Shown piece by piece: positions 20,578 through 28,438 of a stretch of DNA of 64,000 nucleotides. Source of the stretch: an uncultured Bacteroidales bacterium (GTDB lineage Bacteria; Bacteroidota; Bacteroidia; Bacteroidales; VadinHA17); contig CAVSZL010000018.1 of assembly GCA_963732435.1 (NCBI GenBank), positions 24,143 through 88,142 on the forward strand, read 5' to 3'. The position numbers and the translations under genes were made by a program. Every line of letters starts with the position of its first letter. Position 1 is the stretch's first letter. Under the pieces are notes generated by a model. It made no database searches, was not told where the DNA came from, and saw only the letters and a list, made by a program, of their open reading frames with translations.

Positions 20578-21068
20578 TCTGAATTTTATCAGCACATACT
20601 ATCTAATTGGTTACTGCCCCAGATTCGAACTGGAAGCACTGGAAAGAATATTAAAAAGATCTATTCCTATCCCATTTATTTCACAAGCTCCATTTAATTG
20701 TGCCATGACTTCAAAATTTAGTTCAACTCTGATTTACCTGACCATAATTTTATTTAACTTTAATTCAAATGTGATTGTTAAAAGTTGGGCATAAGTATAA
20801 GTCCTGTATAAATCAAGGTGTTGGTTTATTATGCTTGTGTGACTGACGGGGCGGTGTATTGGTAAGGGAGAATGCTCAGTACGCAGTGCGTAGATGGTGT
20901 GAGGTGTGAGGACAAGACAGAAGAGAAATAAGGTCGTTGTTTTACAGGGGTATACGCTTGACAATGATTTATACCCCTTAAAATATCAGGTTGACAAAGG
21001 AGTAAGGTTTAAGGCTTAATACAACTGTCTGATATCTAATCTACTAAGAAGATAATTTAAATAACACT

Positions 21069-22109
21069 ATGAAAACTTTGTATCAAACAATTATTTCAAT
21101 TGTTGGGATTCAACTCTTAACGACTATGGGAATATTTGCTCAAAATAGCATATCAGAACCATGGGAAAAATGGCTTAATGAGCGACAGCCATCAGACATT
21201 GTCTTTAAGACAATTGGTTTAAAAACTGGTATGACAATTGGTGAAATAGGTGCTGGTCGCGGCAGATATACTGTACTTCTCGCAAATGAAACAGGACCTA
21301 CAGGAAAAGTCATAGCTAATGATATAGATGAACCTTCACTCGCATACCTTAGAGGGCGATGCAGGAGATTGAACCTGAACAATGTAGAAACTATTGTTGG
21401 TGAAATGGACAATCCTTTATTCCCACATAATTCCCTTGATATGGCAATTATGGTTTTAGTTTACCATATGATTGAAAATCCGGATAATCTGTTGAAAAAT
21501 CTTAAAGGGAGTTTAAAACCGGGAGCTAAACTTGTGATTCTTGATCCGCGTGACGAAGAGATTGACAGGGAATTTGGAATAGACAGATCTAAATCCGGCT
21601 TAAAAATTCCAACTATAAAAGAACGTGTTCAAAAAAGCGCAAAAGCTGCAGGTTATGAACTAATTCAAGTTGACACTATCCTACCTCATGACTACATTTT
21701 TGTTCTTGAACCACAATCGAATGTTAATAAGAAATCAGCCATTGAGCTTATTCAAAAGACTTTGCTGCAGGACGGAATAGAAACCTCTAAAAAGCTGTTT
21801 AATACAATAAAAAATGATACAGCACAATATGATCTTTCTGAGAAAGTGTTCACAATCCTTGGAAATGAATTCCTTGGCGCAAAAAATTATCCTGAAGCAC
21901 TAGCAGTATTGAATATGGGTGCTGAATTATTTCCAAAATCCTCAAAATTATATGGTACAATCGGAGAAGTATATCTTCTTGTCGGAGATAAGGAAAAGGC
22001 AAGGACTTATTATAGACTTTTCCTTGAGAATGGCCCCGACAGCCTGAATGCCAGTACTATCATGCAAAATTTTGATGCAATGTATGAACAGATGCGTCAG
22101 CAAGATTAA
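21069..22109 (+). CDS. Class I SAM-dependent methyltransferase with C-terminal TPR
   Basis: GEIGAGRG motif I; VIANDID; C-terminal helices LGNEFL...EALAVL..GAELFP. Confidence 0.88.
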   Translation: MKTLYQTIISIVGIQLLTTMGIFAQNSISEPWEKWLNERQPSDIVFKTIGLKTGMTIGEIGAGRGRYTVLLANETGPTGKVIANDIDEPSLAYLRGRCRRLNLNNVETIVGEMDNPLFPHNSLDMAIMVLVYHMIENPDNLLKNLKGSLKPGAKLVILDPRDEEIDREFGIDRSKSGLKIPTIKERVQKSAKAAGYELIQVDTILPHDYIFVLEPQSNVNKKSAIELIQKTLLQDGIETSKKLFNTIKNDTAQYDLSEKVFTILGNEFLGAKNYPEALAVLNMGAELFPKSSKLYGTIGEVYLLVGDKEKARTYYRLFLENGPDSLNASTIMQNFDAMYEQMRQQD

Positions 22110-22123
22110 ATAAAAACCCTAAA

Positions 22124-22212
22124 CCTGACACGGACGGTGCTATGAAAAACTTCCCGTTTCACAGGACAATCAGTCCCGATTTATAGGGAGACTCCCGTTA
22201 AGTTAATGCCAT
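22124..22212 (+). repeat. Composite attC-like repeat, copy 1 of 4
   Basis: CCTGACACGGACGGTGCTATGAAAAACTTCCCG...TCCCGATTTATAGGGAGACTCCCGTTA; homologous to 36386, 37305, 39575. Confidence 0.85.
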
Positions 22213-22301
22213 CGGGCGCCAGCCACCATGACAAATTCATCTGGAAAATGGTCTAGCCATAACGGCTTTTTCAAGATTTCTGAAAATAATATGACAATTA
22301 G

Positions 22302-22332
22302 TTCCCGTTTTGGGAATTAAGTAATATCTTTG
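22302..22332 (+). promoter_or_regulatory. Candidate higBA promoter/operator
   Basis: Palindrome TTCCC-GTTTT-GGGAA (22302-22316) followed by Bacteroidota -7 box TATCTTTG (22325-22332), just before higB. Confidence 0.55.
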
Positions 22333-22346
22333 TTACAGATAACTAA

Positions 22347-22646
22347 TTGATGGAGCGGATTTTTGCGAAAAGTACTCTAAAACTGTTTTGGGAGAAACAC
22401 TCTGATACTGAACAGTACTTGAAAACATGGTATGACACGGCCATGAACTCAGACTGGGAAACTCCCAATGATGTTATGAAGTCTTATGCAAATGCAAGTA
22501 TTTTAAAAGACAGCAGGATTGTTTTTAACCTCAAAGGCAATTCCTACAGACTAGTAGCAAAATTCAACTTTGAAAAACAATGGACCTTCATAAGATTCCT
22601 TGGGTCTCATGCTGACTATGATAAAATTGATGCAAATACGATTTAA
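22347..22646 (+). CDS. higB: HigB-type toxin
   Basis: RIFAKSTLKLFWEKH...WY..A....WETP...NASIL...RIVFNLKGNSYRLVAKFNF...FIRFLGSHADYDKI. Confidence 0.9.
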   Translation: MMERIFAKSTLKLFWEKHSDTEQYLKTWYDTAMNSDWETPNDVMKSYANASILKDSRIVFNLKGNSYRLVAKFNFEKQWTFIRFLGSHADYDKIDANTI

Positions 22647-22657
22647 AAAGAAAAACA

Positions 22658-23026
22658 ATGAATATAAAACTGATCAAAACAGAAGCAGATTACCAGACAG
22701 CTCTCAAGAGACTTGAGGAAATCTTTGACGCCAGGATCGGTACAATTGAATGTGATGAGGCTGACATACTCGGATTATTTATTGATGAATATGAAAAGAA
22801 ACACTTCCAGATAGAAGCTCCGGATCCTATTGAGGCGATAAAGATCAGAATGGAGGAAATGCAGCTTAAACAGGTAGATCTTGCGGATGTTCTTGGTGGA
22901 AAAAACAGGGTTTCTGAGGTTCTTAATCGTAAACGTAAATTAACCGTTGAGATGATTCGTAAGCTTACAAAAAGACTAAACCTTTCACCTGGACTTTTAA
23001 TCCGGGACTATAAACTTGCCGTATAA
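22658..23026 (+). CDS. higA: HigA-type antitoxin (XRE HTH)
   Basis: IKTEADYQTAL...PDPIEAIKIRME...KQVDL...KNRVSEVLNRKRKLTVEMIR; follows toxin. Confidence 0.9.
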   Translation: MNIKLIKTEADYQTALKRLEEIFDARIGTIECDEADILGLFIDEYEKKHFQIEAPDPIEAIKIRMEEMQLKQVDLADVLGGKNRVSEVLNRKRKLTVEMIRKLTKRLNLSPGLLIRDYKLAV

Positions 23027-23059
23027 AACAGTCATATTGAACTGACAAACTGAACTCAT

Positions 23060-23126
23060 CCTGACAATCGGACGGTTGGGGAAATTTACTTTTACTCGCT
23101 CAACAACTGGGCCGTTATACATAATT
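23060..23126 (+). repeat. Short attC-like element
   Basis: CCTGACAATCGGACGG (same left end as the composite family) ... GCCGTTATACATAATT. Confidence 0.6.
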
Positions 23127-23158
23127 AAAAAACCAAATTATTGAAAATTAGTTAAGAA

Positions 23159-24076
23159 ATGAAAATAATATCAATTGCAACATTAGTATTCTGTTTCAGT
23201 TTGATTTATGAAGCAAAAGGACAGAGTGAATATCCTCCGCTTATTGTTGGAGCAGAGGAAATAACATATAAAACGGTTGACAAAATCAAATTGAATTTAT
23301 GGATCTTTACTCCGGAAAATCATAAATCAACGAATAATGCCCCTGCCATTATATTTTTCTTCGGAGGTGGTTGGAATACAGGAAGTCCTGCTCAATTTGT
23401 AAAACATTGCGAATACCTGTCAGCGAGGGGAATGGTTGCTATAGTTGCAGACTACCGGGTTAAGAGCAGGCATGGTGTCCCTGCCAGTATGTGTGTCTCT
23501 GATGCTAAATCAGCAATCCGTTGGGTTCGCGGGAATGCGTCTCAATTGGGTATAGATGGGAATAGAATTGCTGCAGGAGGTGGTTCTGCAGGAGGGCATT
23601 TAGCAGCATCATGTGCCACTTTGCCAAAATTCGACGATGAAAATGAAGACAAATCAATCAGTTCAAAACCCAATGCTCTGGTGCTTTTTAATCCTGCTCT
23701 GGTGCTTGCCCCTGTTGATAATCAAAAAATGGAAATAAATGAAAAAATGGCCGGTTTGGAAGAAAGACTGGGAACAAAACCAGAGAACATATCACCTTAT
23801 CATAATATAGTTGGCACATTGCCGCCAACAATTATTTTTCACGGAACAGGCGATGAAACCGTGCCATTTGTAACCGTACAATTGTTTACAAAAAGGATGC
23901 ATGAGTCCGGCAATAAATGTACATTGGTTGCTTACGGGGGAGAGCCACATGGTTTCTTTAATTACGGCAAAAACTCAAATGCAGTATTCTTTGATACTTT
24001 ACACAAAATGGATGAATTTCTGGTTTCACTGGGCTACCTTAAAGCACCACCGGAGATAGTCATTTCTACCAATTAA
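23159..24076 (+). CDS. Exported alpha/beta hydrolase (acetyl-esterase/lipase-like)
   Basis: FFGGGW oxyanion motif, GGSAGG nucleophile, HGTGD...V, HGFF catalytic His. Confidence 0.9.
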   Translation: MKIISIATLVFCFSLIYEAKGQSEYPPLIVGAEEITYKTVDKIKLNLWIFTPENHKSTNNAPAIIFFFGGGWNTGSPAQFVKHCEYLSARGMVAIVADYRVKSRHGVPASMCVSDAKSAIRWVRGNASQLGIDGNRIAAGGGSAGGHLAASCATLPKFDDENEDKSISSKPNALVLFNPALVLAPVDNQKMEINEKMAGLEERLGTKPENISPYHNIVGTLPPTIIFHGTGDETVPFVTVQLFTKRMHESGNKCTLVAYGGEPHGFFNYGKNSNAVFFDTLHKMDEFLVSLGYLKAPPEIVISTN

Positions 24077-24169
24077 AGTAAAATTACAATTCTGAATGAT
24101 ACAAGCGATTTGTTTCCAGGGGCATATCCGGATAAACGGCCTGCAACAAATAAAAATAATGACAATAGT

Positions 24170-24304
24170 ATGAAAAGAAGATCTTTTGTACAGACAGTTG
24201 GATTATCCTCAGTTATGATGCCACTGGCTTTCAGGAAACCTCTGTATAAAAATGAAGGCAGTTTTTTCACCGTTACGAAGGTTAAGGGACGATCTTTCCT
24301 ATAG
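24170..24304 (+). pseudogene. N-terminal remnant of a Tat-signal exported protein
   Basis: MKRRSFVQTVGLSSV twin-arginine leader then GSFFTVTKVKGRS, stop after 44 aa. Confidence 0.4.
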
Positions 24305-24381
24305 TTCAATTGTCGATTTTCTGAATTCGAAAAATATTGAGATAAAAGGTAACCAGTTTGAAATGATTAAAAAAATATAGT

Positions 24382-25494
24382 ATGAATAATTCAGGAAAAA
24401 GATTAATGTCGCATTTAAGAAAATACATGCTATTTTATGTGGTACTTTTTAGTACTGCTGTACCGGTCGGTTTTATTAATGCCCAAAATCCGGATAGTCC
24501 GCATCTGAAAAATCTTGCCATCAAACACAATCTGTTAATTGGTGGTGCAACTGATTTGAATCATAATGACAGCAATGAAGAGCAATTAATTATTAATGAA
24601 TTCAGTATATTATCCAATGAAAACTGTCTTAAACCGAATAAGACACAACCATCCCGGAATGTATTTGATTTCAGGCAGTCCGATTACTTTGTCGGTTTTT
24701 GTAAGAAAAATAATATTGTTGCAAAAGGACATAAATTAATCGCACGGGACTTCTACTTGCCGAAATGGATGCTTGACCCCGGCTTAACCGATAAAGAGCT
24801 TCACGATATTTTAGTGGATCATATTAAAAATGTTATGGGGCGATACAGGCAGGGAAGTGAATATGGTGAGATAAAATACTGGGATGTCCTTAATGAAGTG
24901 ATTTCCGACGCCAAAATATATGAAAGTGTTTTTAAGAGGTTAGGAAAAAACAGTGACGGTGATTATAACTATTGGGAATTAGCTTTTCGTACCGCACGCG
25001 CCGTTGATCCGAATTGTGTATTGATCTGGACTGAGGATAATATAGAGTTTGATTATCCAAAGGCGGATAAGCTTTATGAGACCATAAAACGATTAAAGAC
25101 AAAAGGCGTACCTATAGATGCGGTGGGCTTTCAGTGTCATATTGGCTTCCATGGACAACCCGTTCCGGATTTTACAAAACTGGCAGAATACTTCAGGAAA
25201 TTTGCAGATTTGGGGCTTTATATTGCCATCACAGAGCTGGATGTGTCTGAAAAACTAAATCAGGTTGAAATTTACAAAAATATGATGCAGGTATGCCTTG
25301 ATCAACCAAAATGTATAAGTTGGAGCACCTGGAATGTTGTTGATAAGTACAGCTGGCGCAGAAATTTAAAAGATGCAGAAACTCCTTTGCTGTTTGATGA
25401 TAATTACCAGCCGAAATCAACATATTTTGGAGTACAGGAAATACTAAGAAAACCAAACATCAATTCTAAAAACAGGATTTTACCACATTATTAA
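24382..25494 (+). CDS. GH10 endo-1,4-beta-xylanase
   Basis: ENCLKP, KGHKL, WDVLNE (acid/base Glu), DAVGFQCH, ITELD (nucleophile), PLLFD..YQPK. Confidence 0.92.
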   Translation: MNNSGKRLMSHLRKYMLFYVVLFSTAVPVGFINAQNPDSPHLKNLAIKHNLLIGGATDLNHNDSNEEQLIINEFSILSNENCLKPNKTQPSRNVFDFRQSDYFVGFCKKNNIVAKGHKLIARDFYLPKWMLDPGLTDKELHDILVDHIKNVMGRYRQGSEYGEIKYWDVLNEVISDAKIYESVFKRLGKNSDGDYNYWELAFRTARAVDPNCVLIWTEDNIEFDYPKADKLYETIKRLKTKGVPIDAVGFQCHIGFHGQPVPDFTKLAEYFRKFADLGLYIAITELDVSEKLNQVEIYKNMMQVCLDQPKCISWSTWNVVDKYSWRRNLKDAETPLLFDDNYQPKSTYFGVQEILRKPNINSKNRILPHY

Positions 25495-25509
25495 ACCTGA
25501 AAGAATTAT

Positions 25510-25650
25510 ACGGTTGCTAAAACACTGACATAAAACATTGGAGGTTAAGTTGTTATTTAAGCATTCTGTTACATATCAGGTTCGGTGTAACCGAAAGAGA
25601 ATGTAGCAAGTAATCCACATAGATTTAATGCAGCCAACCGTTACCGTATG
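25510..25650 (+). repeat. Degenerate attC-like element
   Basis: ACGGTTGCTAAAAC ... CCAACCGTTACCG flanking the intergenic space. Confidence 0.45.
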
Positions 25651-25682
25651 CGAAAACACATTCTGCAAAAACATAAACTAAA

Positions 25683-26168
25683 TTGATAAATATGGACTTT
25701 ACACATATAACAAGCGGAATTTTACTGGGATTAGAAAAATGGATGCCAAAGCTTTCTGAATTACCCGAAGATCTGATTATGAATAAACGTAACACTCAGG
25801 GCAGAACGATCAAACAGATACTTGGACACATGGTTGATTCTGCTTCAAATAATACTCATCGGATTGTTCACTTACAGTATCAGGATAGTCCGCTTAAATT
25901 TCCGAATTATGCTGCAAATGGAAATAATGACAGGTGGATTGCAATCCAAAATTACCAGAATGAGAACTGGAATGATTTAATTCAGCATTGGAAGTATAGC
26001 CATTTACATTGGATTCATATTGTAAAAAATGTAAATCAGAATAAATTAGATAATGAGTGGATTTCAGAATCGAAATATGGCAGTATTTCGCTTCAGGACA
26101 TGATTACCGATTTTTTAAGACATTTTCATTTACATCTCGGAGAAATTCAGGAATTAACTGACAAATAG
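25683..26168 (+). CDS. DinB/YfiT-family protein
   Basis: RTIKQILGHMVDSASNN..R; W......H; D...HFHLHLGEI metal-binding His. Confidence 0.88.
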   Translation: MINMDFTHITSGILLGLEKWMPKLSELPEDLIMNKRNTQGRTIKQILGHMVDSASNNTHRIVHLQYQDSPLKFPNYAANGNNDRWIAIQNYQNENWNDLIQHWKYSHLHWIHIVKNVNQNKLDNEWISESKYGSISLQDMITDFLRHFHLHLGEIQELTDK

Positions 26169-26180
26169 ATAAAAATGCAC

Positions 26181-26417
26181 AACTGAGCAACAAGGTATAT
26201 ACAATAAGGCGTGATAGTAGTAAATTAAAGGGGGGTGTCCCTTTCCATTCTCCATTCTCAATTCTCAATTCTTTATTCTTCTGCCAGCCAGGGACCGTTT
26301 CATGATTTTTGAACGAAAAGGGAGGAAAGTATTAAGCATACAAAAAGTCCACAATAGTATCCAAATAGGTAAATTTTGCGTACTTTTTGCCCACATATAA
26401 CAAGTTGTGTGGTATTT
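26181..26417 (+). repeat. Degenerate long attC-like element
   Basis: GCAACAAGGTATATACAATAAGGCG ... CACATATAACAAGTTGTGTGGTATT; internal heptamer tandem CCATTCT/CAATTCT. Confidence 0.45.
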
Positions 26418-26463
26418 AATGAAAAAATGGAATTATGCGAAACTTAAGAAAAAGGAACAACCT

Positions 26464-27972
26464 ATGAAATTGAAAATATTGCTTATTATTTTTTTCTCAT
26501 TAACAATTACTGATGGTATTGCACAGAGGGATTACTCTGATTCCGATACAACAAAGGTAATTTTGCTGGGAACGGGCAATCCAAATCCATCTCCATCTCA
26601 ATCGGGTTGTTCAGTTGCTATCGTTGTAAATGATACTCCCTATATTGTTGATTTTGGCCCGGGATTAATTCGTCAGGCTGCAGCTATGAGTCCGCAATAT
26701 GGAGGGAATGAACAAAAAATAATGATATTGCATACTCTAAAAAGAGTATTTCCTTATTAGTCTGCATAGCCTAGTAGCCTTATCTATAAGAGTAGCTTAT
26801 TATGCATCAAGTGGCAGTTTCAATGATCCTTTTATCCCAAAGCATTCCAAAAAAACAGTATCCTCTTATGTGTCATTTCTTGAAAAACAGCAAGATGCAA
26901 AAGACTACATCTTTAAATTATTTGAAATGAATGATTTCGTGATCTTGTGCGAGAAGAACATCCAGAAATGACACAATACGATTTCTTATTGATCTGATAT
27001 CAGATGAGAGATTTAGATAGAGGAATGTCTTAGATGTTAAAACATATTAAACATGCTTTTCTTACCCATTTACATTTTGGCTGACCATAACAACCGGTAT
27101 AAACTATCCGGACCTTATTTTTACTCCCTGGGTAATGGGAAGAGACAAACCTCTTGAAGTATATGGTCCTGTATAAATGATATGACAAACCATAACTGAA
27201 AGCCTACGAAGAAGATATTCGATACCGTTTATTGGAATCTGAACCAACTAAGTAATCAGGGATGGCGGGTAAACATCATGAAATTACAGGGAAAGAAAGG
27301 CGGAGTTAACAATTACAAAGATGAAAATATCTAAAGTCAGATCAAAAACGAAGAAAGCCTTGGTAATAAGAACTTCGGCACGGAACCTGGCGACAAAAAT
27401 AAAATTAGGAGATACCTCCTGTGCCACATATATTATGAGGAAATACCCAGAAAAAGCTGCCAACGTATTGATAAATACTGTTAAAGTAAGTTTTGGAATT
27501 TCAAAACCGGGATCACTAATTTTTCACCAGCCAAAAAACTCCAATAAAAAGTGGAATATGGGACAATTCATTTGAAAAAATAGGAAATAATGCATTGGGA
27601 TTCCGTTTTACAACAGTCCATTTGGTGACGATGATTTTGATTTATATTTTACCGGATAAAATTATTGTAATATCAGGTGATGCTTCACCTTCAGAAAAAA
27701 TTACTGAATACGCTTCAGGAGCAGATATTCTGATTCATGAAGTCTATTACAAAAAAGCCTTTGATACGAAAACTGAATTATGGAAGAACTACCACGCACG
27801 TCATCATACATCAACAATTGAACTGGCTGACATTGCTGACAAAGCACAACCTAAATTGGTCGTATTATATCACATATTATTCTGGGGAGCCACTGATGAA
27901 GATATGATTAACGAAATTTCGACAAAATATAAGGGAAAAGTTATTGTTGCGAAAGACTTAGATATATATTAA
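26464..27972 (+). pseudogene. Disrupted MBL-fold metallo-hydrolase (RNase Z/AtsA-like)
   Basis: N-term ILLGTGNPNP...VDFGPG (26464-~26707); middle HAFLTHLH..DH, PWVMGRDKPLEVYGP (~27030-27290); C-term ISGDASP..GADILIHEV..HHTS..LYH (to 27972). Pieces are separated by foreign stretches and many indels. Confidence 0.8.
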
Positions 27973-27999
27973 ATGAAACCGTATGAAGCAATAGCAAAA

Positions 28000-28140
28000 C
28001 ACCACTCAACACTTGGAATAGTCTAATCGGGTTTAAGGGTTTGCGGGCGTTAGTAACACCCAAATAAGCTGGAGTAAACTGATAAGAAATCACTTCGAAA
28101 TCCCGCACAACACAATACCATCAAACGTTGGTTGCTATTT
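28000..28140 (+). repeat. attC-like element
   Basis: CACTCAACA ... GCGGG ... CCCGC ... AAACGTTGGTTGCTATTT (CAAC/GTTG ends, internal arms). Confidence 0.6.
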
Positions 28141-28159
28141 TTAGGAACATTATAAATGA

Positions 28160-28420
28160 TTGAAAATGAAATATTGTATTGTAATTTTAATTGGTATAGC
28201 TTTTTCTTCCCAATCATTAATTTCTTTCGGACAGGAATTAGAAAAACTAAATCGCATCAAATCTGCCAGAAGCCTGGTAGCTCTTTGGGATTTTAGAGAA
28301 GAGGAAGGACAACCGAGAAAAGCATTTGGTAAAGGAGAATACCCTTTAAGTGAATCTGACGGTACAATTGTACGCATCAACGATGGACCCTTGTCAGGTT
28401 TTTCGGCAAAATATATGTAA
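28160..28420 (+). pseudogene. Truncated exported protein (possible LamG/jelly-roll N-terminus)
   Basis: Signal peptide then LVALWDFREEEG; ends at 86 aa. Confidence 0.4.
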
Positions 28421-28438
28421 TATTGAGTATTATTAAAC

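Noticed and set aside
20784-20813. Calling this the chromosomal dif site
   Set aside because: The XerD arm and spacer length do not fit well; kept only as a low-confidence finding.
20552-20964. ORFs 20552-20794 (+) and 20734-20964 (-)
   Set aside because: No recognisable family or start context; the region is better explained as non-coding boundary sequence.
26246-26275. CCATTCT/CAATTCT heptamer tandem
   Set aside because: Only about four degenerate units inside a spacer; likely low-complexity sequence.
27321-27575. 84-aa ORF inside the broken MBL gene
   Set aside because: Starts out of frame in MBL-derived sequence and runs through the foreign insert; not credible as an independent gene.
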